A DNA stretch of 63,718 bases, filler included, from Choristocarpus tenellus KU-1152 (Eukaryota; Protista; Phaeophyceae): NCBI GenBank assembly GCA_964200185.2. It is 11 parts of 11 records of this genome, joined end to end, with 100 filler letters (N's around TTAATTAATTAA, not from the genome) between each part and the next. Parts side by side here need not be neighbours in the genome. Positions count along the whole stretch, not along the records: positions 23,005 to 26,858 come from CAXNAD020017558.1; positions 26,959 to 29,693 come from CAXNAD020025206.1; positions 29,794 to 34,167 come from CAXNAD020014848.1; positions 34,268 to 37,133 come from CAXNAD020024099.1; positions 37,234 to 46,754 come from CAXNAD020003613.1; 6 more parts are not named here. The stretch is one strand, 5' to 3'. The notes beneath the pieces were generated by a model. That model was given only the letters and a program-made list of their open reading frames with translations, was not told the origin of the DNA and searched no databases. Position numbers and translations under genes: made by a program. How positions within the stretch are numbered: position 1 is the first letter of the stretch; the number at the start of each line of letters is the position of its first letter. Below, piece by piece: positions 26,561 through 38,855 of the stretch.

Positions 26561-27039
26561 GATGGGATCGACCTGATCTCCACGACGAACATTCATTAGA
26601 CCACTTGGTGTCAGCATTTACTGCCCGCCTGGCGACCTCATTGCTTCATCGTACCCCTGCGAGTTCAAACACTGACCAAGATGATAGTGAACTCAGCGAG
26701 AAAGCACAAGGACTAGCCGGACATAGGGGTCCTTTTTAGGGTCCGTTTCCCCGGAGCCTGTAGGGTTAGAATATCATAGGACAACTAGGGACCTGTGTTC
26801 GATTAGACTCTTCCAACTCTATCGGACAGTTATGGTAAAATATGTATGGAGTAATGGANNNNNNNNNNNNNNNNNNNNNNNNNNNNNNNNNNNNNNNNNN
26901 NNTTAATTAATTAANNNNNNNNNNNNNNNNNNNNNNNNNNNNNNNNNNNNNNNNNNNNATCAGTTACAACAGAATAAATACATCGGTGCTTTGCAGCACA
27001 ATCACACCTATCCATATCATAGACTATGCATATCGCTCA

Positions 27040-27900
27040 TCGGTGCTTTGCAACACCATGATTCTTCATCGCTCGTAGTCTATACGCATATTGCTTACAT
27101 GTACGATGCATTCGATTCAGGTTTCAACATGTACGCTTCTTGCAGAACTTCTACACGAGCCAAACAGCCTACCTATATCCTCAGCTAGTTACATGCATAA
27201 AAGAACATTAATTTGGAGTCCGTCCAAAGAATAGGTACAACGCTGTCATAGCCAGTGCTTTGCTCGACCCCACACAAGCTCAATGGGGTTGAATTCACAG
27301 TGATACTTTGGGAGCATTAGGCATTCTCCTCCGCCATGCGAGTCCCTTCGACCTTCTTTCGGGCTGCAGAGAGCCCTTGTACCCCAACCCTAACACCTCA
27401 TTTCTCGTTTCCTTAAGCCACTCCGGCTCACATAACTTCCAAACAGTCAGTGCCTCCTGTAACGGTCGACTACTAAGATATTCTACATCAGGGATTTCGC
27501 TTAGGCGTTTCCTGAGCGCAATGGCACACAGTCGCACTGCTCTCTTCCCCAACCTTCCCTTTGGCCAGCCACCCTGGTTCTCCCTTCGCCCACATGACCA
27601 GGTTTCCCCACAGACTTCGTCCCTATACAACCTGGTGATGGACTTGCTGCTCTCTTCCTGCTCTCCTAAGACCGTAGAGACTACTGAGCAGTGCTCCGCA
27701 GCTGTTGAAGATCCAACCTCGTTTGTGTGGAAATGCTTTCCATTCATCTTCTCTCAGCACCAGTGTCGCCGCCGCGTGGTCCATTGCGCAATTTGATCAT
27801 GCTGCTATGCCACAGTACACGCACTTTCTCATCGCATCGCACTGAGTGCCACACGGTACTTGTTTTTCTGACGCTTCTCGACAGAGAAGGTGCCGCGGGT
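27040..27900 (-). mobile_element. Degenerate IS630/Tc1-mariner-superfamily transposase
   Basis: Across frameshifts: ALRKRLSEIPDV..SSRPLQE, then CLMLPKYHCEFNPIELVWGRAKHWL*QRCTYSF (about 27325-27225), then LV*KFCKK...KQYAYRLRAMKNH. Same motif type as 13609-13698. Confidence 0.75.
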
Positions 27901-29448
27901 AGACCCAGAAGGCAGAGCGACCTCGGCGGCTCTCCTTGTCTCACCGTCGTGGTTGATGTTGCTGTGTGGGTCACCCGTGTGTCTGCTCATAGCCTGTCTG
28001 CAAATGGCACTAAAAAAATGTCCGCAAATCTTGCTCCTTTTTTTTCAGTATTGCCACATGCACCATACTTGATCAACAACCTAACCCGCAATTGTTTGTG
28101 GCAGGGAGTTCGATCAACCACTTTATTCTTGTATCTTTTGAAGTTCTAACCGTCAAGGCTGTGCCGCAAGTGTTTCTCCGCGTTTTGGTAATAATTTGAT
28201 CGACGCATAAGCTCCTGTTCATCGAAGTTTGTACATTCGTGCATACAAACATTCAAAAGCCCCTGCCACAAGCTTTCGTTTGATATATATTTTTTCTATA
28301 TATGTGGCATTACAGTGAAAAAAAGCAAGATTGCTCCAGGGCGCTAAGCTACTGGTATCACCTTAGATGGACAGGTTGGTAGGGGAGGGAGAGGGGGCAT
28401 GCTCTTTAGTAGAGTGGCAAGAGATGGTGGAGGTACGGGGGCGACAAGTGAAGTCCTTGGAGAACCTGTTGAGTAATTGCGAGACAAATACAGATACGAG
28501 GAAGCATGGGTAGGTCAGAGGATGAAGAGAAGACAGCGAGCAGGGGAGGAAGGAGAGGGGGCAGAACCAGGAACAGCTTGGTCATCAGAGGCGGCTCCGG
28601 TATCATGGCAAGAAATAACACTCCAGCTTAAAAAGGCCACAGATATATTGGATGAAATGAATAAATAATACAGGAGCTATATTGGGATAGGGGCACCCTG
28701 AACGAACGTGTATAGTTGACACAGTGTCTCTATGTTTCGACCGACAATTGATATGGTTGCGACTATAGAGTCAGGGGGGGGTATGGAATGTCTGCTTAGT
28801 TGGGGAGACATCATTTATGGAGGTATTTGGTATGGAGTTGGAATTTGGAGACGTGGTAGGAGAGAACGGAAGTGAAGGAGATTTGGTCTGAAAGAGGTAT
28901 CATTGACCAAGAAAGCACGACTTCAACGTATGAGAATGTTATATTGGACAACACCATAATTTCCTCATGTGTTTGTGTTGAGGGGGAGATGGCGCACCAG
29001 TCTGTTTTCACCAAGAGCAAGCAGGGAGAGACAACTTGTAAGTATGCCAAGGTCCACTAAGGAATAGCCGAATATTTTATTCAGATGACCGGGTGGAAGA
29101 TTGTGAGATTTACTTTCCTCAAAACGGAAGAGGGTTTGTGGAAAAAGTAGCATATGACAAGGCTCATTCTCAAAACGTGGACGAAGGCTGTAGGGATTGT
29201 TCTGCGGTTTGATATGGGCAGGCAAAGGATACTTGAATGGACCAAGTAGATGACCTTACGAAGTTTTAAAAGGTAAATTAAGTGGAATGATGTATGACAA
29301 GGAACACGGGCTGTCCGACCTCCTTTGAGTCAAAGTAAAGAAGAGGTGCCCAGAGTTACATTCTAAGGATGCTGACAACTATGTGCAAAATTCGTGTAAT
29401 TTTACAAATGTATACACGAAATATTCTGAGATGTGTCTCAATGTTTTT

Positions 29449-29632
29449 GGCTCAAATTGTCTGGGGGTGGGATGGCATCTGTCCATTTGGGGTCAATTTA
29501 TTCATGTCACGATTTTTGGCTGATTTGGTTGCATACGTCGAATGGAAAATGGAAATGCACTTTTTTTCCTGATTTTGACCCAAATGAACCACCTGGTGTA
29601 GACCCCCCCCCCCCCTCCAGATACTTTAGCCC
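29449..29632 (+). mobile_element. MITE family B (about 182 bp)
   Basis: GGCTCAAATTGTCTGGGGG...CCAGATACTTTAGCCC; interior matches the 33471, 34279 and 61464 copies. Confidence 0.85.
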
Positions 29633-29932
29633 TTTAATATAGACAAAACAACGTTTTCCAGTCCAACTTAGCACTTCATCCATAGAATTATGGNNNNNNN
29701 NNNNNNNNNNNNNNNNNNNNNNNNNNNNNNNNNNNNNTTAATTAATTAANNNNNNNNNNNNNNNNNNNNNNNNNNNNNNNNNNNNNNNNNNNNGGGGGGG
29801 GCAATTTTTATGTTTTTGCTAAATCTACCATTTCCGAAAAAAAAGAAGAAAAAAAAAGGTGTTTAGAGGGCGGTTTCTCAACCACTTCGAAATGAACAAA
29901 TGTTTTGAAGATATCTATGCGCAAGGTGATGG

Positions 29933-30020
29933 TGTTGGCTATCAACAGTTTCATTGTTGGCTATCAACGGTTTCATTGTTGGCTATCTACAGTTTCATTG
30001 TTGGCTATCAACAGTTTCAT
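29933..30020. repeat. 22-bp tandem repeat x4
   Basis: Unit TGTTGGCTATCAACAGTTTCAT with 1-bp variants and no spacers. Confidence 0.9.
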
Positions 30021-30910
30021 TTGTAGTTTGTGATTCTCACACTCGAAAAAGTTAATCACAAAAAAACACAACGAGACGGACTTGTGGGACAGATGGAGTA
30101 AGAATGTGCCCCATTCTGTATTTCATTCTTTTGGAACCATTTTAGAACAGAATTCTTTGTAAAATCCTTTGAAATTCAGTTCTCTAATGTAAATTATTCC
30201 AAGGAATCCAACGCAAAATCCCGTTTTGCAATCGGAGGTCATCCTGAAGAGCTACAGCTTAACGGCCCAGACCTATGGGACAGAGGGAGTATTATTATTC
30301 TCTGGAGAATCACGCTTATCACGTTTTTCCGTGGAAGATTGCCTGCAGTAGTCTCTACTAACAATGCATTCATAGAAACATTTTGTGTCAAATCCTGTTC
30401 TTAAATGTACTCTGAGAGTTGTATTAAAGCTTGTCACACTGCAATGTTGAAAAGCGCTGGCTTGACTGCCGTACTGCTACCATACTGCCCATGATGGTCC
30501 AGTACCATACTGTAGCATACTGCACATGGGTTTTGATGGCGTTAGGGTCCCAATCTCCTCTATCGGAGATTGGGTTGTTCATGGGCTGCCTGCTGGGATG
30601 ACTTGTGTCGCCTTTGAGGTAACTAATATGTTGATATTTTATTGATATATCAGTGAACCCATTAACCCAATTCACAAGTCCAGCACACAATGTGCAAAGG
30701 GTGCAGCAACTTCTGCTCTCCTCGTAGTAGAAGAGTGGCACTTTTGCCCCTTTTGCCTGTCCGAGCTAATGAGGAGGTGTGTGGGGTTTGTGAGGTATGT
30801 GGGGTGACCACAGCACAGCCCCTTCGCCTGCTTGGTCAGAAAGATCAGCACCCTATCCTTATGTGGACCCCTGTTGTTTTTCCAATACAGCATGTTTCTT
30901 GTTTACATCT

Positions 30911-31168
30911 GAGTGAAAGTAACTTAGAGGGTACGAGTTTTGCCCTGTTCGTCTGTTTGAGGCTTGGCTTCCCTTGGGTTTTTTAATGGCGTTTTCCTAC
31001 TCCAAAATGTTTAGGAGTAGGTAAAAGGTATACCTTATGAAAGGTGTGTCCGAAGCATAGATATTGACACTTCCTAACAAACATGATAGCCAAAATTACA
31101 TCAAAATCGCAACATTGGATTTTGGTCCCCAAATGGACGTGGCGCTACCCCCTAAGATAGTTTGGCTC
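30911..31168 (+). mobile_element. MITE family A
   Basis: Full-length copy; flanks TCT/TCT (3 bp). Confidence 0.9.
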
Positions 31169-33470
31169 TCTGCAATATCTCCATATACTTGTAAGTGTTT
31201 TTTTTCTGTAAATTTGGTCTCCCTCTTTGCCTTCCCTTCTTACAACGTTTTTTGTTCCTTGCACCTGGTTATCTTTAGTATCGCCACTAGTATTACAAAA
31301 ACTGTCTCTGCCCCCCTGAGGTGAGACTGCTCATTACTGATATGCTGTTCTTGGTGTCTAAGCCAACTTGACATCTCACACAACAACAACAACAATCTCC
31401 CCTCTTCTTTTGTGCCCAATGCAGGACTGATCGACTGGAGAGTCCAGCAGTGGAGGCATAACAGCCTGGATAGAGGAGATAGTGCTAGACCATTGTTGTT
31501 CAGGATGTAGGGGGAAAAGAAGAGGGAGGATATAAGGACGGCATATCGACGTTGTAGTAATGGTCCTACACCAGGATCAAATCGAAAATTGTCTTGTAAT
31601 TTGATCCCTATCCTTGCTACATGGGTGTGCTCTTAAGAATGATATTCACCACACGCTATGTAGTACTGGTGTGCATGTTTTGCATAGAGAGGAGTGCAGG
31701 GAAATCGTGTATGTCTGTACAAGAGCCTGGCCTTTGCTCTCACCCCTTGGGAGTTCATCTGTGTTCATTCCGTGATAGTAGGCGACCATGTGCATGCCTG
31801 AACAAGGCGCAAAAAGGCCTAATTCAGAGCATGTAAGTGGGTTTTACCACTCTGGGCACTGCAACACAACACAGATTAGATTCAGTGAAATTCAAATATT
31901 TGCATTATTTCTCCTGCTTCACTTTCTCGATATCACAGGGTCCTGAGGATGCACAATCTCTTTCATCAGTAGGCTCAACCCTCGGCAATAACGTGCTTGT
32001 GTTTATTGACGCTATGCACTTGTTCAGCAGCTTGGTGCTGTGGTTGAAATTGACCAAGGTCCCTGCTATTTTTTGTGGGGGTGCTTTTTGGACCACTAAG
32101 AGAAGATGCACAGGTTTTTGAGTCCCAATCTATGCTCTTCAAAGCACTCCTGATGGGTCCTTCTCAGAGAGATGGGGTCAGGACTACTTGTAGATCATGT
32201 GGAAATGTACAGTATAGTTGCATCCTTCTCCACAAAGCCCTTTGCTTTGTCAACCAACACGGGCTTATGTAAGAGGACACCCCTCTTGATGTGGCTGCCT
32301 GTGTTACCTACTTGCTACCTTCACCTCCATGAAAATCGCATGGGCTAGATGCCCCTTTCCTTTCCTTCAAGAGCTTCACAGTCCAATGAGGCATAATGAA
32401 CCGCACTCAACATGTTCCTAGTCCCCCAAAGTTTAAGTACCAATTTCTTGGTCCACATCATGTACCCCCGTCCACCTCAACCCATGGCCATGTGAACCCA
32501 CTTTCTTTTTTGTGGCAAACAAGTGATCATGTCGTTGGGATATGATGCCTTCTCCCAAAAACACACACATTTTATATCAGAGCTCAGAGGGAGCCAGAGA
32601 TAGATGATACATGCTTCCTGGACTGGGAATGAGGACAAGGTTCGCAATCAGACCTGCTATGTCGCAGCTTTCTGTTGAGGCTAGACCCTATAGTCTACAG
32701 GAAAATCCAAAAGGGAGCAATTTGGAGTTTGTGCAGGCAATTTCAATTTTTGTCAGGAGGATGAGAGGTTAGGTGCGTGTTAGTTGATGTGGTGCATCGT
32801 TGTCCATCTTGAGAGCTCAATTTCTCACCCATCCCCTTTTTTATTTTTTTTCATGGTCAGTGCATTTTCTTGAGGAACTACAACTGTTTCATCTTTTTAT
32901 TTGACTCTTGAATCGTTTGAGTGGGGAGGAGTCCAGGAGTGATAATCTCATTGTACTATATTGTGAAGAGCTGTGGGATATATTTGACTTTGCGGTCAGG
33001 TGACCAATGTAGCAAGTACACATTTCATCAGAGTCTTATTTTGGAGGGGAATATAAACCTTCCCTCTGCGTAGGACAAACATAGAAAACTGAAGGATGAG
33101 AATTAGAAGATTCACAAGAGAGTTCTAGATCTTAGCCAACAACTGCTAGGAATTGTATCCGTCTCCCTTTCCCACTATGTGAGCTGCACCCATACTTGCT
33201 GGTGGAAGTTTGCAAGTAGCTTCATTTGCTACACTTTAATTTTCCAATTGTCATTCTGAACACGTTGTAGGTTGTTTTTTTTTGTCAGGGTACGGATGTG
33301 TGTGAGAACTTTCCCTGTCAAGTTTGGTATCCACACTAGCTAGTGCGTCAAGGCTTCTGTTCCTTGTGACAGCAAGATCAAAAAACCCGCATCACTTGGT
33401 ACCACAACAGTTGAAAAACCATTACATGGTTGCCCGTCTCAGTCCAATGTGCAACAATACAGTAGAATTA

Positions 33471-33652
33471 GGTTTGAAGTATCTGGGGGGGGGGGTGGCG
33501 GCTGTCCATTTGGGGTCAATTTTTTCATGTTGCGATTTTTGGGTCAGTTGGTTACATGCGTTGAATGGATCATTTAAGTGCACATTTCCTGGTTTTGGAC
33601 CAAATGAACACCCTGGTGCAGACCGCCCCCCGCTCCCCAGATACTTTGGGTC
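33471..33652 (+). mobile_element. MITE family B
   Basis: GGTTTGAAGTATCTGGGG...CCCCAGATACTTTGGGTC; flanks TTA/TTA. Confidence 0.88.
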
Positions 33653-33999
33653 TTAGATTGTTGCAGCAAGAGGCACTTTGATGTAGGATGTTTGCTCTTC
33701 GTAGGATCACCCTTTTCCTACCTTTTCCTTATGAGTCTCTTCTAGTAAAACCCCTCATTCTACCTTGCTATACTTCATCAAAATAGTTCTACTACACCTC
33801 CTACTTAGGGGTAATTTCAGTTGCGATTCTTAGCAGAATAGTGGAGAGACTATACTCACATGTAGTGCTGTACTTGTGACAGTTGTCCTACAATGATGCA
33901 GAGGTGAGAACAACGTTTATTGGGGAGACGTACGGAGCTAAATATCAGCCCTGTTTTAGTTAGTTACGCCAAGTTTAAAGTTCTCTAAAGTTTGTAAGT

Positions 34000-34167
34000 G
34001 TCTCAAAGTATCTGGGGGGGGGGTGGCAGCTGTCCGTTTCGGTTCAATTTTTTTCATGTCACAATTTTTGGATGATTTAGTTGCATATGTCGGATGGATA
34101 ATGTAAGCGCACATTTACTGGTTATGACCCAGATGGACATCCTGGTGTAGATTCACACCCCCCCCCC
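34000..34167 (+). mobile_element. MITE family B, truncated at contig end
   Basis: GTCTCAAAGTATCTGGGG start with the shared interior; ends in poly-C at the linker. Confidence 0.85.
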
Positions 34168-34278
34168 NNNNNNNNNNNNNNNNNNNNNNNNNNNNNNNNN
34201 NNNNNNNNNNNTTAATTAATTAANNNNNNNNNNNNNNNNNNNNNNNNNNNNNNNNNNNNNNNNNNNNACGTTAAATGC

Positions 34279-34459
34279 GGCTCAAAGTATCTGGGGGGGG
34301 GGGGTGGTAACTGTCCATTTGGGAACAATTTTTTAATGTCGCAGTTTTGGGGTGATTTGGTTGCATACGTTGGATGGATAATGTAAGTGCACTTTCCTGT
34401 TTACTGGCCAACTGGACATCCTGGTGAAGACCCCCCCCCTTCCCCGGATACTTTGGGTC
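34279..34459 (+). mobile_element. MITE family B
   Basis: GGCTCAAAGTATCTGGGG...GATACTTTGGGTC; 4-bp TSD ATGC. Confidence 0.9.
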
Positions 34460-34982
34460 ATGCTGGAGATGAGGTCATCTTTGTCACTGAAGACTTCGAG
34501 GTGCTGAGTGCTAGCCCTTTGTTGATGGAGTGCCATCTATTTGTATGTCACAGACGGATAAGGTGAGAAACGCTTCTTATTGTTACTAAGAGAACAATGC
34601 TCCACAGGAATGATTTCACGCTGTCCATACACACATGTTACATATCCCCTGATATCCCCTCATACCCAAATAAAATTCTCCCTTAACATCCAACCCTGAC
34701 ATCCAAACCAGTGTCATTTTTTTCTCCTACTCCACAACCGCGAACGTCAACTTTCACAGAATACTTTACAAGTTCTGTAGGGCAAATAAGCATATCCCAT
34801 TCCTTCATTTCGCTGTCTAAGTGTGTTCTCTATCCTACATTAAACTCTCCATTCCTTAAAACCAAAACAAAGAAGACCCCTATACAACTGAACAAGGCCA
34901 TCACGCGCAAACACATACCAATAGTCCAATACACCAACACACCAACACAGCTCCTGCAACGGATATCTTTGTGTTGATGCAG

Positions 34983-36082
34983 GAGGCACAACCGGGTCCC
35001 CACGTTGTGCCCTTTCAGGGTATCATCATCCCAGACTTCACAGACATCGACCACAACCACCTGGACAGCACATTCACGATCCTGCCTGGTCAATACCAGA
35101 GGTTCACCACAGAACCAACCGGCAATCCCTCCGTGCAACACCTGCTCGCTTCTCAAGGCAACTCAGACTTGGGGACACATGAGTCAAAGTACCTTAGAGG
35201 TTAGAGCCGTGTCCGTTTGGGCACCAAAATCCAATGTTTCGATTTTGATGTAATTTTGGCTATCATGTTCGTTAGGAAGTGTCAATATCCTTGTTCCCGA
35301 CATACCTTTTCATAACGTATACATTTCACCTACTTCTAAACATTTTGGAGTAGGAAAAATCTCATAAAATATCCGTGGGAAGCCAAGCCCCAAATGGACA
35401 AACAGGGCGAAATTCGTACCCTTTAAGATACTTTCACTCCATCCGACGCCAGGTTTCGTCAAGGAACCAGCTTCATCCTATGCGCGAGTGGGGGGTCTAT
35501 CGTACAGGGGAAGGTCAGCGATATTCACATGGACGGTTCAGGGGCGTCCATTTACTCAGTGTCCTACCTTCCGGACGATGGTGAAAAATCTTTGCCCCCT
35601 CTTCTGAGGTCGTACATGAAACAGAGGACGAGATAGAGGAGGGTGTCGACCAACTTTGGGAGAAGAACAAGAGGGAGAGTGTCGAGGCTGCAGCCCAGCG
35701 TGTCAGACAATGCCACTGGTCGATGGTTGACCGCCAGCGGAAGCACATTGACATGGAAAAGGATACGAAGAAATATATACTACTTGAACTGACACTGAGG
35801 GCTTTGCCGGATTTGCATGAGGGAGAAACACTCAATGCCAGTGCCAAGGGCAGAGGACTATACTTCAGATGGGACCATCAGTGGATGCGAGGGACCGTGA
35901 CCAAGTACCAGCCCCACTACACGGTAAAAGTTAGAGATGAGCGAGTCAGCTACCCCTACGAGGTTAAATGGGAGAATGGCGAATTGCGATATATCCAGCT
36001 TCTTGTGGAACGATACAGTATGGACCAAGACGCTCCTACACGGGCCTGGTTCTGGACAAGTCCCACTTTGCCCCCATACTGA
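34983..36082 (+). pseudogene. Disrupted coding remnant with SH3/Tudor-like barrel domains, interrupted by a MITE
   Basis: After the MITE: FRQGTSFILCASGGSIVQGKVSDIHMDGSGASIYSVSYLPDD, then a frameshift to ...GRGLYFRWDHQWMRGTVTKY...YPYEVKWENGE...RYSMDQDAPTRAWFW*. The aromatic-rich beta pattern is typical of Tudor/Agenet-like modules. Confidence 0.4.
35181..35439 (-). mobile_element. MITE family A
   Basis: Full-length, reverse orientation; flanks CAT/CAT (3 bp). Confidence 0.9.
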
Positions 36083-36363
36083 CGAGACGCACGACTTTGA
36101 GGAGCAACCTTGACCAATTCCTGATCGTGAGTCACCCTCTACTTCACCAATCAGATACATGCATCGACAGAAATGTTGTACTGGAGAGTTCGGACGTTCT
36201 CTAAATCAACGGACTTACACATTTGGTATATTAATTTTAATATTTTCCTGAAGAGTTTGTGTCTATGTGTCCTTATACGCATGCTTCTTTTGGCCCAATG
36301 GCAACCTGGAATTCATCTCAATTAGTGCATTCTGCCACTATCCTCTAGCACTCTTACTGCCAT

Positions 36364-36631
36364 GAGTCAAATTATCTTAGAGGGTAGAGCCGCGTCCATT
36401 TGGGGGCCAAAGTCCAATGTTGTGACTTGATGTAATTTTGGCTATCATGTTTGTAAGAAAGTGTCAATATCCTTGTTCCAGGCATATACATGATACCTAC
36501 TCCAAAACGCACACATCTTACCTACTCTGAAACATTTCGGAATAGGAAAATGTCATTAAAAAAAACGTGGGAAGCCAAGCCTCAAATGGACAAAAGGGGC
36601 AAATCTCGTACTCTCTAAGATACTTTCAGTC
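36364..36631 (-). mobile_element. MITE family A
   Basis: Full-length; flanks CCAT/CCAT (4 bp). Confidence 0.9.
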
Positions 36632-36946
36632 CCATGCCCCAATTGTTTCTCATCCCCTCTTTGTGTTGATTGGATCACAGAGCATTTGAAAGAAACCTTG
36701 CTAAAACAACGCTGACGCAGAAGCATCTCGTACTCCGTACCATCATCTTCAGCACAAGTCAAGCTTTTCACAACAGATGACCCCTCTTCCACATCCAATC
36801 CAAACGGCGGCAACCATCCCAGCTCCAAACTTTGAACGCAACGGCAACTTCCCTGAGCCTAACAATACAGTCGAGATCCACTCAAGTGCCAAGCGTAGGT
36901 CCTAAAGGCATTTCATTCCAAAATTCATAATAAAAGGACTGTGACT

Positions 36947-37133
36947 GGGTCAAAGTATCTGGGAGGGCGGTGGTTTGTGAGGGGGCGTCCGTTTCGGCCC
37001 GGACGAGTTGCTCAGAAATGATAGCAATTGCTGTCTTCAGTCGTGGGACTCCCCCTCACAAACCACCACCCCCCCCCCCAACCACCTTGACCCCTACTCA
37101 AAAAGCAATTTGGAACAAAGAACCTAACAAACC
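36947..37133 (+). mobile_element. MITE with family B-type terminus, truncated at contig end
   Basis: GGGTCAAAGTATCTGGGAGGG...GTCCGTTTCGG with a different interior. Confidence 0.55.
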
Positions 37134-37278
37134 NNNNNNNNNNNNNNNNNNNNNNNNNNNNNNNNNNNNNNNNNNNNTTAATTAATTAANNNNNNNNNNN
37201 NNNNNNNNNNNNNNNNNNNNNNNNNNNNNNNNNCCCCCTGTGCCACTACAACACCTTTTATACGCGAATAAAAAATTT

Positions 37279-37454
37279 GGGGGGGGGGGGGGGGCTATCT
37301 ATCTACACCAGGGTGTCAATTTGACCCAAAACTGTGGAAAAGTGCACATGTACATTATCCATCCGACATATGCAACCAAATCACCCCAAAAAAGTGACAT
37401 AAAAAAATTGACTCCAATTGGACGGCCGCCCCCCGCCCCCAGATACTTTGAACC
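37279..37454 (-). mobile_element. MITE family B, partial
   Basis: Reverse-orientation interior ending CCCCAGATACTTTGAACC. Confidence 0.8.
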
Positions 37455-38555
37455 TGCCCCATGGCATGAGATGAGATACCCACTGCAATTTGTTGTTTGT
37501 TCAGATCAAGATTATCCCCATTGATCCTACTTACATTAATTGGTAGTCATGATGGGTTTTGGGTTGGTAATTTGTATTTGGCATTCCCATGAATTGGTAT
37601 GTATTAAAGCTGTGATATTACATGTATTTACAGTGCTCTTGCATTGGTATTTTGCATGAGGTTACGTGGCACAAAGAGGGTTAGAAGTTTTTGAATCTAA
37701 AGCATCATTTTGGATTTTATGCTGGCTTTGCCATAAAGTGTTAACTAACTTTCCATATCAGATCAGGCATATGCTATCAAATAAGCCTTTGGTAACATTA
37801 TTCCTCTATTTAAAACTAGGTGCGAGAAAAGACTCCAGTTAGATGGTGAGCTTTGTTGAACTTGCAAGAGTAGCTAGGCATGGTAGTCTTATCTTGTTGG
37901 ACTTGACTATCTAGATGCCTGTTTAGAATGTTATTTAGGGAGTTCAGAATTTTCTCCCCCTGTATTCAGCATTATTGTTTCTCAGTGCCATTGGCCCTGA
38001 TGGATGTTTGAAGGTAGGACACACTGTATTGTGACTGTAAAGGGTTGTTTGAATCACGGAGCGTGTTTAAAATGACTGTTCCAAGTGTATCAGAGATCAT
38101 TGGTAGAATATATGTTGAGTCAGAATACAACATTATCAGTTTGTAACCAAGAATCGTATTAGCATATGAACAGATGGAAAAAATGGTTAGGATATAGCAA
38201 GGTGCTATTTGAAGGTGCTAGTTGTCTAACTCTGAAACAAAAGTCACTCTGAAATGCTATGCGACATTCCGGTGTATATCACTCCTACTCCAACATTAGG
38301 CAGGCTATACACTAACATCAAGGAGGGAGAGTGTACAATGTTGTCAACTTCATCATACTCTCTCATATGTATATTAGCATTCGGCAATATAGTTGAAGTT
38401 CCTACTGCCACACTACTTGTGGTGAGAGTGGCAGTGCATCGCCCCATCCAATCACTCAATGGCAACATGACAACTACCAAAAATACATGCAGGTCAATGT
38501 CTATGCCAGTACGTCATCAGGCGTAGGGAGGACGGTGTCTGCCTCCTATGTCCAG

Positions 38556-38855
38556 GTGAAAGGAGATGCAAGACTTTCAGAGACTTCCTTCAGGCAGCAG
38601 GACTCTGTCCTTACCGTGCAACAGTGGGGTGAGAAGGCTAGAGTGAACGAGGAGGAGAGGGAGTTGGAGATTCTCATTCTCCGCGCTGAACTTTCTCCTC
38701 GGCAGGGCAAGAGCACTGCTCTCCAGATGCGACTGGCCAATGAACTGGATGAGAAAGCAGTTTCTGAGACCAATATCACAGAACTACAAAAAGTTGAACT
38801 TGGAATGCGTACACAATTGGCATATATTCAATTAAAGAAATACAGTAATTGTTGA
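38556..38855 (+). pseudogene. Coiled-coil-encoding exon-like segment (possibly upstream part of the kinase pseudogene)
   Basis: AG acceptor followed by an E/L/K-rich heptad-like sequence (EEERELEILILRAEL...LQMRLANELDEK...ITELQKVEL). Link to downstream exons not established. Confidence 0.3.

Noticed and set aside
27040-28300. Fanzor/TnpB or endogenous giant-virus genes beside the IS630-like transposase
   Set aside because: No RuvC motifs, no long intronless ORFs and no viral hallmark genes are visible anywhere in the window.
28380-29360. Purine-rich degraded coding-like region, possible non-LTR relic
   Set aside because: No diagnostic RT or endonuclease motif could be read with confidence.
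29933-30020. CRISPR-like array
   Set aside because: The repeats are directly adjacent with no spacers, there are no cas genes, and the context is eukaryotic.
32230-32730. Ankyrin-like fragments (EDTPLDVAA; MIHASWTGNEDKVR)
   Set aside because: Too short and stop-ridden to support a feature without a profile search.
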